Below, piece by piece: positions 16,287-25,946 of a stretch of 64,000 nucleotides of DNA. The DNA is from Oscillospiraceae bacterium (GTDB lineage: Bacteria; Bacillota; Clostridia; Oscillospirales; CAG-382), in contig SVRD01000001.1 of the NCBI GenBank assembly GCA_015064955.1, positions 75,218 to 139,217 of the forward strand, given 5' to 3'. A program made the translations under genes and the position numbers. Numbering within the stretch: the first letter of the stretch is position 1; each line of letters begins with the position of its first letter. The notes below the pieces were generated by a model. That model ran no database searches. It worked only from the letters and a program-made list of their open reading frames with translations, and was not told where the DNA came from.

Positions 16287-17474
16287 TTACGCTTCGGAAA
16301 CGAGCTTCATTGTATCGGATGCGATAACAAGCTCTTCGTTTGTCGGAATTACAAATACCTTTACCTTGGAATCTGCCGCAGTGATATCGACAGTGCCGCG
16401 GATATTGTTCTTTTCGGGGTCGATCTTAATACCGAAGTATTCCATATTTTCGAGAGCGAGTGCACGGAGACGGGCATCGTTTTCTCCGACACCTGCGGTG
16501 AATACGATACAGTCGAGACCGTTCATAGCCGCGGTGTAAGAGCCGATATATTTCTTTATCTGGTAAGCAAGAATGTTGTATGCCAAAGCCGCACGCTCGT
16601 TGCCTGCGTCGATAGCGGCGGTGATTTCGCGAAGGTCGCTCGAAACACCCGAAACGCCCAAGAAGCCGCAGTTTTTGTTCATCCAGTTGCCCATTTCGTT
16701 AACCGGAATATTTTCCTTTTCCATAACAAAGGGAACGACAGCAGGGTCGATCGCGCCGCAACGCGAGCCCATAATAACGCCTTCAAGCGGGGTGAAGCCC
16801 ATCGAGGTATCCATACACTTGCCGTCCTTGACCGCGCTGATCGAGGAGCCGTTGCCGAGGTGGCAGGTGACGATCTTCGCGTTGGGGTTGCCGAGCATTT
16901 CGATAGCCTTGCCCGATACGTAGCGGTGAGAAGTACCGTGGAAGCCGTAACGGCGGATATTGTGCTTCTGTGCAACCTCGTAGTTGATGGGATAGGTATA
17001 TGCTTCGGGGGGCATAGTCTGGTGGAAAGCGGTATCTATAACGAGAACCTGCGGAGTAGAGGGCATAACCTCCATACAGCCGCGGATACCCAAAAGGTGA
17101 GGAACGGTGTGAAGCGGAGCGATATCGCGGCACTTTTCAAGGTCTGCGATAACGTTTTCGTCAACACGAACGCTCTTTATAAGCCAGGGACCGCCGTGGA
17201 CAATACGGTGGCCGACAGCCGAGATTTCAGCCATATCGGAAATACAGCCGTGTTCTTTATCGGTAAGAGAAGCAACAAGCGCAGAAACCGCCTGTGCGTG
17301 AGTGGGCATGGGAATATCCTTCTGGATCTTTTCCTTGCCGGTGGAGGTGTGGGTAAGTCTGCCGTCGATGCCGATACGTTCGCAAAGTCCCTTTGCGGCA
17401 ACGGTTTGTGTATCCATATCGAAAAGCTGATACTTCAAGGACGAGCTGCCCGCGTTTACAACGAGAATATACAT
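16287..17474 (-). CDS. ackA: acetate kinase
   Basis: 395 aa. MYILVVNAGSSSLKYQLFDM is the canonical AckA N-terminus, with the full-length ASKHA fold pattern. Confidence 0.95.
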   Translation of the reverse strand: MYILVVNAGSSSLKYQLFDMDTQTVAAKGLCERIGIDGRLTHTSTGKEKIQKDIPMPTHAQAVSALVASLTDKEHGCISDMAEISAVGHRIVHGGPWLIKSVRVDENVIADLEKCRDIAPLHTVPHLLGIRGCMEVMPSTPQVLVIDTAFHQTMPPEAYTYPINYEVAQKHNIRRYGFHGTSHRYVSGKAIEMLGNPNAKIVTCHLGNGSSISAVKDGKCMDTSMGFTPLEGVIMGSRCGAIDPAVVPFVMEKENIPVNEMGNWMNKNCGFLGVSGVSSDLREITAAIDAGNERAALAYNILAYQIKKYIGSYTAAMNGLDCIVFTAGVGENDARLRALALENMEYFGIKIDPEKNNIRGTVDITAADSKVKVFVIPTNEELVIASDTMKLVSEA

Positions 17475-17553
17475 AATTACTCCTTACTTGACTTTTTATA
17501 TTTTTTTCATTATACTACCATTATCAATGAATTGCAAGGGATTTTTCTCCTTT

Positions 17554-18705
17554 ATGAACCGAAAAAATTACGTTTCCGTCATATGTGAATACAATCCGTT
17601 CCATTTCGGACACAAATTCCAGCTCGACAGCTTAAAGGAAAGCTTCGACGGGATCATCTGCATAATGAGCGGCGATATCGTTCAGCGCGGCTCGGTTGCC
17701 GTCGCCGATAAATATATCCGCGCAGAAGCGGCGATAAACAGCGGCGCAGACCTTGTTCTCGAGCTTCCGATCCCTTGGTGCTGCTCGTCGGCGCGGGATT
17801 TTGCACGCGCGGGCGTTCACATCGCCGATGCGGTCGGCTCCTCGGCGCTCGCGTTCGGCGCAGAGGACAAGGAAACGGTTTTCGAGCTTTACCGAGCGAC
17901 ACAAAGCGAGGTTTTTTCAGACCGTCTTAAGCAAATTGTCGAAAATAATAAAAATCTGTCGTATCCTCAGGCGGTAACTGCGGCACTGTCGGAGATAGTT
18001 TCGGCTTCGGCAGTCGAGGCGGCGAAAAAGCCGAACAATATTCTTTCGGTCGAATATCTCCGCGCGCTCGAGGGCAGGGATATAATTCCGTTTGCAGTGA
18101 GCCGAAACAGCAATTTTTTGTCGTCATCGAATATCCGCGAGGGAAACGGCGAAAAAATGCTTTCGATGCTTCCGGCGGAAAGCAAAGCTGTGTTTTCAAA
18201 ATATCTCGATACACGCTTCCCGCGTGATATAAAAGCTCTCGATTCGTTTTTTATCGGCAGGCTCAGACAGCTTGACAGCCTCGTCACGAATTCTGCATTT
18301 TACTCCTCGCCCGAGGGGCTTACAAGAAAAATACTGCACGCATCGGCAAAGGCGTCGTCTGTTGCCGAGCTTGTATCTCTCTGCACCGATAAAGCCTACA
18401 CCGCCGCAAGAGTAAGACGTGCGGTAAACGCTATCGTGTTCGGCATCGCTCCCGAGCAGGTGTCCGCCCTGCCGAGCTACACCTGTGTTCTCGCGGCAAA
18501 CGAAAAAGGGCGCGAAATACTCCGCCGCGCCAAGCAAAAAAAGGCGATCGACATCGTAAACAAGCCTATCCGCGCCGTAAGCTTCGGCGGCGAAACCGAA
18601 AAAGCTTTTCTTTTCGCAAAATCGGTCGAGGATATAATCTCGCTTTCAGACCCGGTTCCCCTGCCGTCCGACAAGGCAAAAAATCCGATAATAGCAGGAA
18701 AATAA
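17554..18705 (+). CDS. tmcAL: tRNA(Met) cytidine acetate ligase (YlbM/UPF0348 nucleotidyltransferase family)
   Basis: 383 aa from internal Met 17554: MNRKNYVSVICEYNPFHFGHKFQLDSL, with the HxGH-type motif of the family. The upstream extension of track ORF 17488 is hydrophobic junk overlapping the promoter region. Confidence 0.8.
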   Translation: MNRKNYVSVICEYNPFHFGHKFQLDSLKESFDGIICIMSGDIVQRGSVAVADKYIRAEAAINSGADLVLELPIPWCCSSARDFARAGVHIADAVGSSALAFGAEDKETVFELYRATQSEVFSDRLKQIVENNKNLSYPQAVTAALSEIVSASAVEAAKKPNNILSVEYLRALEGRDIIPFAVSRNSNFLSSSNIREGNGEKMLSMLPAESKAVFSKYLDTRFPRDIKALDSFFIGRLRQLDSLVTNSAFYSSPEGLTRKILHASAKASSVAELVSLCTDKAYTAARVRRAVNAIVFGIAPEQVSALPSYTCVLAANEKGREILRRAKQKKAIDIVNKPIRAVSFGGETEKAFLFAKSVEDIISLSDPVPLPSDKAKNPIIAGK

Positions 18706-18706
18706 T

Positions 18707-19648
18707 ATGGAACGACATTTATTTATACTTAATCCCGCGGCCGGCACCAGAGACAGAACCGCAAAAATGGCGGAAATTGTCAGAAAATTGAAGCTCGACG
18801 CACCTTATGACATCTACGTTACCGATGCAAAGGGCGCAGCCGAGACATACATCGAAAGCTATCTGAGAGATCACGGCGAAAGCTTTGTGCGCATCTATGC
18901 CTGCGGCGGCGACGGAACGCTTTGCGAGGTCGCAAACGGTATCTACCGCTCGGGAAGCAAAAACTGTGCGGTCGCGGTGGTTCCGATAGGCTCGGGCAAC
19001 GATTTTGTAAAAAGCCTCGATATCCCGCCCGAACGCTTCCGCGATCTCAAAACTCTTGTCCGCGGCGAAATCGAGGAGGTCGACCTTCTTCTTGCATCGG
19101 ACAGCGACGGACAGACCCGTGTGAGTCTAAATATCATCTCGGCGGGATTTGACGCGGCTGTCGCAAACGGTCAGGAGAGATTCAAGCGGTTACCGCTGGT
19201 AAGCGGCAAGGCGGCATACAATATATCGCTTGTAAAATGTGTCTTTACCGACACGAAAAACTATTTCTCGCTCAAGGTCGACGGCGAAAAATACGGCAAG
19301 AGCGAAGGTCCCTATCTTTTCACAATAGCCGCAAACGGCAGGTATTACGGAGGCGGATTCAAGGCGTCGCCCTATTCGGATATAAGCGACGGATTGCTTG
19401 ATTTTATCCGCATAAAGACGGTTTCCAAGCTCAAATTACTCTCTCTCGTCGGCAAATTCCGCGAGGGCAGACATATCGACGAATTCAAGGACATCTGCTC
19501 CTATACCCGCTGCAAAACGATGCAGTTTATTTCCGAAAAGCTTATCGACCTGAACCTCGACGGCGAGATATACCCGATGAAAAATCCGATAATAAAGATT
19601 CTCCCCAAGGCGATAAAACTTATCCTCCCCCCGAAAGCAGAAGCATAA
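18707..19648 (+). CDS. diacylglycerol/lipid kinase family protein (YegS/BmrU type)
   Basis: 313 aa. LFILNPAAG start and the DAGK catalytic motif ACGGDGTLCEV, followed by PIGSGNDF. Confidence 0.85.
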   Translation: MERHLFILNPAAGTRDRTAKMAEIVRKLKLDAPYDIYVTDAKGAAETYIESYLRDHGESFVRIYACGGDGTLCEVANGIYRSGSKNCAVAVVPIGSGNDFVKSLDIPPERFRDLKTLVRGEIEEVDLLLASDSDGQTRVSLNIISAGFDAAVANGQERFKRLPLVSGKAAYNISLVKCVFTDTKNYFSLKVDGEKYGKSEGPYLFTIAANGRYYGGGFKASPYSDISDGLLDFIRIKTVSKLKLLSLVGKFREGRHIDEFKDICSYTRCKTMQFISEKLIDLNLDGEIYPMKNPIIKILPKAIKLILPPKAEA

Positions 19649-19652
19649 AACC

Positions 19653-19686
19653 AACCGCGCGGAAATGCCCGCGCGGTTTTCTTTGC
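19653..19686 (+). terminator. rho-independent terminator
   Basis: AACCGCGCGG (19653-19662) / CCGCGCGGTT (19669-19678) followed by TTTTCTTTG. Confidence 0.8.
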
Positions 19687-19796
19687 TAATTTCTTAACAA
19701 ATTATTGTGATATTTTTCAAAAAACTATTGCTTTGATCGACATTTTGTGATAAAATTATTAACAATCTATTGAGTTTTTCGCTTCGAGGCTTGCAG

Positions 19797-20273
19797 ATGG
19801 ACGAAAATAAATATGAATCTACCGTCAGCGCTTCGAAGGAAGAAAGCCTTTTAAAAGCGCTTGAAATTTTTGAAGCAGAGCAATCCAAAAAAGAAATAAC
19901 GCGCCCCGAGCTCAACACAAAACGTATCCTGCTCGTATTTTTCGGCTGGCTTGTCAGCTATGCGTTGATCTGCACCGCGGTGTTTGCAATCGGAAACGAA
20001 TTGAGAATCAGCGGTTGGATATCGGCGGCGGTTGTCTTTATACTGTTGCTCGCAATATTAATTCCGAACGCGAAGAAATTGATTCGCAATTCGGTATTGC
20101 TTTATCAAAAATATGCGCCGGAAAAGGTGCGCGCTTCTTGTCTTTTCACTCCGAGCTGCTCGGAATATATGCTTTTGGCTGTTGAAAAGCATGGCGTTAT
20201 CAAAGGCGTTTCGATGGGGATCAAGCGTCTGCTTCGCTGCCATCACCCCAACGGCGGCATTGATTATCCCTAA
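19797..20273 (+). CDS. YidD-domain protein (membrane protein insertion efficiency factor-like) with N-terminal two-TM extension
   Basis: 158 aa from ATG 19797. The C-terminal CLFTPSCSEYMLLAVEKHGVIKGVSMGIKRLLRCHHPNGGIDYP matches the YidD (PF01809-type) signature. It is preceded by about 95 aa containing two hydrophobic helices. Confidence 0.7.
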   Translation: MDENKYESTVSASKEESLLKALEIFEAEQSKKEITRPELNTKRILLVFFGWLVSYALICTAVFAIGNELRISGWISAAVVFILLLAILIPNAKKLIRNSVLLYQKYAPEKVRASCLFTPSCSEYMLLAVEKHGVIKGVSMGIKRLLRCHHPNGGIDYP

Positions 20274-20291
20274 AATCAAGGAGGAATCATT

Positions 20292-21017
20292 ATGGCTATA
20301 CAGCCTGCTATATGTAACCAGTGCGGCGGAAAAATAAACGTCGACGACGTCGATCTCAACGGATTTTGCGAGTGTGAATTCTGCAAAACTCCCCACAAGG
20401 TTATCGACGTTATAACAATCGACGGTCTCCCCACGGTCAAATCCCTGATCATGACGGCGAGCATGCATATCGACGACGGCAACGTTGAAAAAGCGGTTTC
20501 TACCTATAAAGAGGTTTTGAAGATAAAGCCCAACTGCCACGAGGCTTGGTGGGGACTTTACCTTTGCAACCGTTATTTCGATATTTACTACAATTACACC
20601 GACAAATACGGAAACAGCGGCATTTACACAAAAGCGGCGATAATGGAATCCACGCTTCAAAAATACGCATTCCGCGCTATCGAATACGCGCCTTCACCCG
20701 ATAAGGAGCATTATCAGTCGCAGATTCAATCGGAGATCGATTATATAAATTCCGTCCGCAACGGAAGTATGGATACCGGCAAGAAATCCGGCTGTTATAT
20801 CGCAACCGCAGTCTACGGAAGCTATAACTGTCCCGAGGTATTCGCGCTCCGCAGATACCGCGACGATTATCTGGCAAAGCGTGCTTGGGGCAAGGCGTTT
20901 ATCCGCGTTTACTATGCAATAAGCCCGACTCTCGCAAAATGCATCAAGCCCGATTCGGCATTGGGCAAGAAAATCCGCAGTTATCTCGACAAAAAGGTCG
21001 AAACTCTCTCTTTATAA
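20292..21017 (+). CDS. hypothetical zinc-ribbon / TPR-like protein with C-terminal GCYIATAVYGS module
   Basis: 241 aa. CNQC...CECEFC zinc-ribbon-like N-terminus, one TPR-like helix pair (KAVSTYKEVLKIKPNCHEAWWGL), and a C-terminal GCYIATAVYGSYNCPEVFALRRYRDDYL module (20790-21014). RBS AAGGAGG, 18 nt after the preceding stop. Confidence 0.6.
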   Translation: MAIQPAICNQCGGKINVDDVDLNGFCECEFCKTPHKVIDVITIDGLPTVKSLIMTASMHIDDGNVEKAVSTYKEVLKIKPNCHEAWWGLYLCNRYFDIYYNYTDKYGNSGIYTKAAIMESTLQKYAFRAIEYAPSPDKEHYQSQIQSEIDYINSVRNGSMDTGKKSGCYIATAVYGSYNCPEVFALRRYRDDYLAKRAWGKAFIRVYYAISPTLAKCIKPDSALGKKIRSYLDKKVETLSL

Positions 21018-21093
21018 GTCTTTTTGCAGAGCGCCGGTAGCGTTTTGCAAGCAATAAAAACAATTTAAATTTACATATTTATGGAGGATTATC

Positions 21094-21333
21094 ATGGCTC
21101 AGTACAAAACAGTTGCAGGTCCCGTAGGTCTCACCATCAGCAAGAAGGAATCTTACACCGAAGCAGTTAAGCAGTATGCTGCTATTATTGACAGAGAAGC
21201 TGTCGGCGGTTGGAAGCTCGATTGCATTCAGGAAATCCCCGTAACCAAGAACAACGGCTGTATCGCAGGCTTGATGGGCAACGCTACTACCACCATCACC
21301 TTTAACATGCTCGTTTTCGTTAAGGAAGACTAA
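21094..21333 (+). CDS. small DUF4177-like protein
   Basis: 79 aa. The pattern MAQYKTV...GGWKLD...MLVFVKED resembles DUF4177 from memory. RBS GGAGGA and a strong terminator directly downstream. Confidence 0.5.
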   Translation: MAQYKTVAGPVGLTISKKESYTEAVKQYAAIIDREAVGGWKLDCIQEIPVTKNNGCIAGLMGNATTTITFNMLVFVKED

Positions 21334-21351
21334 TCGCGTTTTATTCAATAC

Positions 21352-21390
21352 AAAAGACCGTGTACTACCGGACACGGTCTTTTTGTTTTG
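21352..21390. terminator. bidirectional terminator
   Basis: AAAGACCGTGT (21353-21363) / ACACGGTCTTT (21372-21382), with an A-run and a T-run on either side, between convergent genes. Confidence 0.85.
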
Positions 21391-21398
21391 CCTGTGTT

Positions 21399-23162
21399 TT
21401 ATCTTCTTGTGTATGCGAAATTCGGCTTTTCCGAGGTTGAAGCAAGTGCGATGACCTCTTCCATTCTTTGCTCGCTTTCGTCGGTAAACAAAAGGGTAAG
21501 CAGGCCCACACCCGCCTTTTTCAGCTCGGATTTTTTGTCAAGCCGATAGCTCGGAAGCGAGTTATAGATAATATTCGTGTGGCTGTGTCCGCTGATTATA
21601 GGAAATACCGCTCCGGTGCGGTCGACAAGTCTCGATATGCACTTGTCCTTGTGCTTACAGCCCTCGCTGTTGGCTATTATACAGGTGCGGGTATACATCA
21701 GCGGTGTTCTGCCATAGCCGATATATTCGAGCGCGCATCTGCTTCCGCGGGCAAATCTGCCGTCGGTCTCGGGAGAGAGCATAACCGACGAAAGTGAATA
21801 ATTTTCAAGCATCGCAAGAGCTTCGCGGTTGACGACGTTGAAGGCATAATCGCCGTGGAGATACATTCCCTCGCACAGAGTGAGATGGTTGAACGACGAA
21901 ACAGTCGCGTTTTTTATTCCGGATTCCTTTACCTTTTTTATCTGCGCCTTTACTGTATCGAGCTCCTTCAGGAACACCGAGCGCGGTATTATCGCCGATA
22001 TTTTATCTTTATAGGGCAAAAATCGCTCGTCACAGCAGTATTGAAGCGGTATGTCTATCCTCGCCGCGCTCTGAAAATGCTTTTCGATGAATCTTTTTGA
22101 GGGCAGTCTTCCCTCAAACCGAAGCACCAATCCCTTTTGCTTTGCGGGTGAAAGTGTTTTTTCCTCGTCGCGCGCAGGAATATCAAACGGCAAATTTTCA
22201 CTGCTTTGAGATTCACGCTTGGCTCTTTCGGTTTTTGATGTCGGCATTTTCGGAATCGCTTTTTTCTTGTCTTCCTCGCGGCGTATACCGAACATATCGC
22301 GGTTGATGCGCGAAACAAAGTAGCCGTCGGTAAATCCCGAGCGCGAAAATGCGTCGCTAAGCAATCTCATTTCCCTCTCGGTCGCGTTGCGTTGCTCATC
22401 GAGCAGACGGCGGTAGACCGAAACGACCGTCGAAACGTAATCGGGCGCTTTCATTCTGCCCTCTATCTTCAAGCTGGTGACACCGCTTTCGATTATCTCG
22501 CCGATATGGTTCGCAAGGCACATATCCTTTAAAGAGAGCGGATAGCGGTTTGCCGATCGGTAAGGCAGACGGCAGGGCTGGGCACATTCGCCGCGATTGC
22601 CGCTGCGGTTGCCGATGACCGAGCTCATAAGACAGCCTCCGCTTTCGCTCACACATATCGCACCGTGAACGAATATCTCGGTTTCGAGTCCGCTTTCGCA
22701 AAAGCGCTTTATATCCTCCTTCGGAAGCTCGCGGGCAAGCACCGCGCGCGAAAAACCGAGCGATCTGAGATACTCGGCATCGAGATAGGAATGAATCCTC
22801 ATCTGAGTGCTCGCGTGGAGGTTAGCCGACGGAAATTCGCGTCTGATACGCCCGATAAGCCCCAGATCCTGAACGATGAGCGCATCGGGGTGCACCTCGT
22901 TCATAAGAAACGAGACGTATTCGAGCACAGAAGCAAATTCCTTGTCATATATTAACGTATTGAGGGTAATATGCATCGCGACGTTATTCTTTTTGCAAAG
23001 CTCGGAGGCGCGTATCAATCCCTCGGAATCAAAATTCGACGCATTTATGCGTGCATTGAAGGACGAACCGCCGAGATAGACCTCGTCGGCACCCGCATCG
23101 ATAGCGGCGCGCAACGCCGAAAAGCTCCCCGCAGGCGCGAGCAACAGCGGCTTTGATGCCAT
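21399..23162 (-). CDS. peptidase U32 family protein
   Basis: 587 aa from Met 23162 (RBS GGAGGTG). MASKPLLLAPAGSFSALRAAIDAGADEVYLGG is the typical U32 start. Confidence 0.85.
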   Translation of the reverse strand: MASKPLLLAPAGSFSALRAAIDAGADEVYLGGSSFNARINASNFDSEGLIRASELCKKNNVAMHITLNTLIYDKEFASVLEYVSFLMNEVHPDALIVQDLGLIGRIRREFPSANLHASTQMRIHSYLDAEYLRSLGFSRAVLARELPKEDIKRFCESGLETEIFVHGAICVSESGGCLMSSVIGNRSGNRGECAQPCRLPYRSANRYPLSLKDMCLANHIGEIIESGVTSLKIEGRMKAPDYVSTVVSVYRRLLDEQRNATEREMRLLSDAFSRSGFTDGYFVSRINRDMFGIRREEDKKKAIPKMPTSKTERAKRESQSSENLPFDIPARDEEKTLSPAKQKGLVLRFEGRLPSKRFIEKHFQSAARIDIPLQYCCDERFLPYKDKISAIIPRSVFLKELDTVKAQIKKVKESGIKNATVSSFNHLTLCEGMYLHGDYAFNVVNREALAMLENYSLSSVMLSPETDGRFARGSRCALEYIGYGRTPLMYTRTCIIANSEGCKHKDKCISRLVDRTGAVFPIISGHSHTNIIYNSLPSYRLDKKSELKKAGVGLLTLLFTDESEQRMEEVIALASTSEKPNFAYTRR

Positions 23163-23259
23163 ATTTACACCTCCGTTACAAGTCTGAGTCTTGTTCATCA
23201 TTATAACCCTTTATCGCCGATATGTCAAATAAATAAACAAAGTACGTCATAAATTGCTA

Positions 23260-23288
23260 TTGAAAAGATAAGGAAAATGTGATAGAAT
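23260..23288 (+). promoter_or_regulatory. sigma-A type promoter of clpP
   Basis: TTGAAA (23260-23265), 17-nt spacer, extended -10 TGaTAGAAT (23280-23288). Confidence 0.6.
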
Positions 23289-23319
23289 CAAGTGAATATA
23301 ACCATTACGGAGGCAAAAG

Positions 23320-23904
23320 ATGATAGCCAACCCCACTTTTATTGAAAATGAAGGCGGACAGCGAAACGGATACGACCTTTTTTCGCGTTTGCTCAAGGAC
23401 AGAATTATCCTGCTTTTCAACGAGATCAACGATGATCTTGCCTGCAGTATCGTCGGTCAGCTTCTGTTTCTGGAGGCTCAGGATCCCGAAAAGGATATAA
23501 CGATTTACATCAACTCCCCCGGCGGAAGCGTTTCGGCCGGATTTGCGATATACGACACGATGAGAAGCATCAAATGCGACGTTTCGACTGTCTGCGTCGG
23601 CTCTGCCTGCAGTATGGGCGCTTTTTTGCTCGCCGCCGGCACAAAGGGCAAGCGTTATGCGCTTGAAAACAGCGAGGTAATGCTTCATCAGGTCATCGGA
23701 TCGGCGGGAGGTCAGGCGTCCGACGTTATCATCGCCGCCAATTTCGCAAAGCGCACCAAGGACAGAATCAACCGCATACTCGCCGAAAACATCGGCAAGC
23801 CTTATGAAGAGATTTGCGCCGACACCGAACGCGACAACTGGATGTTCGCCGAGGATGCTCTCGCTTACGGCGTTATCGACGAAATAGTAAAGCCCAAGGA
23901 ATAA
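23320..23904 (+). CDS. clpP: ATP-dependent Clp protease proteolytic subunit
   Basis: 194 aa. [15 protein letters not shown], catalytic Ser context [11 protein letters not shown], and His in MLHQ. RBS GGAGG. Confidence 0.95.
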   Translation: MIANPTFIENEGGQRNGYDLFSRLLKDRIILLFNEINDDLACSIVGQLLFLEAQDPEKDITIYINSPGGSVSAGFAIYDTMRSIKCDVSTVCVGSACSMGAFLLAAGTKGKRYALENSEVMLHQVIGSAGGQASDVIIAANFAKRTKDRINRILAENIGKPYEEICADTERDNWMFAEDALAYGVIDEIVKPKE

Positions 23905-23928
23905 AATTTTTTCGGGACGTTCAAAGCT

Positions 23929-24864
23929 ATGTTTGGAATAACCGCACTAAAGGTTTTAATGATGATCGCCTACGGTGTGCCGGGATATCTTCTTGTGAAA
24001 ACAAAGGCACTCGGCGAGGAAGCGATCAAGGTATTTGCAAAATTTCTGCTTTACGTCTGCCAGCCCGCGCTCTCGCTCTATACGCTGAGCTCGGTAGACA
24101 GCACACCGACGCTTATCCGCGATCTGTGGATATTCTTTTTCGCAACGCTTATCGGTCAGGTGGCGATAATTTTACTTTATCAGCTCATCTTCCGCAAGGG
24201 AATAAAGACCGATTTTGCCCACCGCGTTTGTGCGGTTGCGGGCGCTTGCGGAAACGTCGGCTTTTTCGGCATACCTCTGCTTGAATATCTTATTCCCGAC
24301 GTGCCCGAGGTAAGAGTTTATTCCGCCGCGTTCTCTATTTCGATGAACGTCCTCGGCTGGACACTCGGGCTTCTGATGATGACGGGCGACAAAAAATACG
24401 TTCGTTTAAAGGCGGCGGTGCTCAACCCGTCGGTAATAACCTTTGCGATATCGTTTGCTTTGTTTGCGTTCGGGGTAAAATTCCCGAGCCTGCCCGCAGA
24501 ATATATCGAAACGCTCGGCAGAATGTCGACTGTTGTCTGTATGACGGTTCTGGGAATGAGACTCGCAACGAAAAAGCTCTCCTCTATCTTCTCCAACCGC
24601 AAAATTTATATCGCCGCGTTCTCAAAGCTTTTGATATCGCCTGTCGTTATCGGCTTGATATTCTGGTTCCTGCCGGTATCCGAAACGGTGAAGACATCGG
24701 CGTTTATTCTCGCCTGCTGTCCCTGCGCCACAATGATACAAGGCTTGGCGGAGACTCACGGCGGCGACGGCAGAACGGCGGCGGATATCGTTTTGTCGAC
24801 AAGTCTTTTATGTATACTCACCATTCCTTTGATGTGGACGGCATACAATACACTCTTCTTATAA
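23929..24864 (+). CDS. AEC (auxin efflux carrier) family transporter
   Basis: 311 aa, about 10 TM helices. The N-terminal pattern GYLLVKTKALGEEAIKVFAKFLLYVCQPAL is typical of AEC permeases. Confidence 0.8.
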   Translation: MFGITALKVLMMIAYGVPGYLLVKTKALGEEAIKVFAKFLLYVCQPALSLYTLSSVDSTPTLIRDLWIFFFATLIGQVAIILLYQLIFRKGIKTDFAHRVCAVAGACGNVGFFGIPLLEYLIPDVPEVRVYSAAFSISMNVLGWTLGLLMMTGDKKYVRLKAAVLNPSVITFAISFALFAFGVKFPSLPAEYIETLGRMSTVVCMTVLGMRLATKKLSSIFSNRKIYIAAFSKLLISPVVIGLIFWFLPVSETVKTSAFILACCPCATMIQGLAETHGGDGRTAADIVLSTSLLCILTIPLMWTAYNTLFL

Positions 24865-24884
24865 AATCGAAAAGAGGCGTTTTT

Positions 24885-25946
24885 ATGAAAAAAACTGTTG
24901 CAATTATATTTGGCGGCGAATCCTCGGAATATGAGGTAAGCTGTGTTTCTGCGGCGAACGTTGCCGAAAATCTCGACAGCGAGCTTTTTGACACTGTTCT
25001 TGTCGGTATAACCAAGGACGGCAAATGGTGGATATTCAACGGAAGCACCGACGACCTTCGCAACCACGTTTGGCAGGAAAAGCGCGCGCTTCTCACCCCC
25101 GCGGTGATTTCGCCCTGCAAGGCTCACCACGGCTTGATCGCGCTCGACGGCGCAAACGGAAGCTTTGAGATCGTCAGAATAGACGTTGCCTTCCCCGTGC
25201 TTCACGGCAAAAACGGCGAGGACGGCACGATGCAGGGACTTCTGGAGCTTTCGGGCATTCCCTATGTCGGCTGCGATACATATTCCTCCGCAGTTTCGAT
25301 GGATAAGGCGGCAACAAAAACCATATGTGCCAATGCGGGAATCCCCGTCGTTCCCTTTATCGCGGCATACAAAAGCTGTGATATAGCTTCGCTCGTTACC
25401 GAAAGCGAGGAAAAATACGGTTATCCCGTTTTCGTCAAGCCCGCAAACGCAGGCAGCTCGGTCGGCATAACCAAGGCAAAGACAAAAGAGGAGCTTTTGA
25501 GCGGTATCAAGCTCGCGTTTGAGCACGACAAAAAGCTTCTTATCGAGCCGAACACTGTCGGCAGAGAGATCGAAGTTGCTGTTTGCGGTAACGAAAAGCC
25601 CTTTGCTTCGGTTTGCGGCGAGATCAGACCGAATTCCGATTTTTATGACTACGAAACCAAATATATAAACGACAAATCCGAGTGTCTCGCGCCCGCACCG
25701 CTCGATGAATCGGTTTCCGAAAATATCCGCGAGCTTGCCGTAAAGGTCTATACCGCGCTCGGCTGCAGCGGTCTTTCGAGAGTTGATTTCTTCCTTACCG
25801 AAAACGGCGCGTTTTTGAACGAGATCAACACCATTCCCGGCTTTACCCCGATAAGTATGTACCCGAAAATGATGGCTTGCATCGGAATAGAATATTCCGA
25901 GCTTATCACCAAGCTTCTTTCGCTTGCAACGGGGTGTGAAGAATGA
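24885..25946 (+). CDS. ddl: D-alanine--D-alanine ligase
   Basis: 353 aa from Met 24885: MKKTVAIIFGGESSEYEVSCVSA, with an ATP-grasp body and a C-terminal NEINTIPGFT motif. Confidence 0.95.
   Translation: MKKTVAIIFGGESSEYEVSCVSAANVAENLDSELFDTVLVGITKDGKWWIFNGSTDDLRNHVWQEKRALLTPAVISPCKAHHGLIALDGANGSFEIVRIDVAFPVLHGKNGEDGTMQGLLELSGIPYVGCDTYSSAVSMDKAATKTICANAGIPVVPFIAAYKSCDIASLVTESEEKYGYPVFVKPANAGSSVGITKAKTKEELLSGIKLAFEHDKKLLIEPNTVGREIEVAVCGNEKPFASVCGEIRPNSDFYDYETKYINDKSECLAPAPLDESVSENIRELAVKVYTALGCSGLSRVDFFLTENGAFLNEINTIPGFTPISMYPKMMACIGIEYSELITKLLSLATGCEE

Noticed and set aside
17488-17553. Upstream in-frame start codons that extend several track ORFs (17488, 8013, 24810, 29432, 32280, 34727, 43057, 46939, 47538, 50798, 56315, 57723; minus strand 9165, 23201, 38371, 41257, 42943, 56397).
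   Set aside because: In each case an internal Met preceded by a Shine-Dalgarno gives the family-typical N-terminus. The extension is hydrophobic or basic junk, or it overlaps the neighbouring gene, promoter or terminator.
23222-23245. Possible CtsR operator upstream of clpP (GTCAAATAAATAAACAAA).
   Set aside because: It resembles the tandem heptad GGTCAAA-NAN-GGTCAAA only loosely, and the second half-site is degenerate. This is not enough to call.
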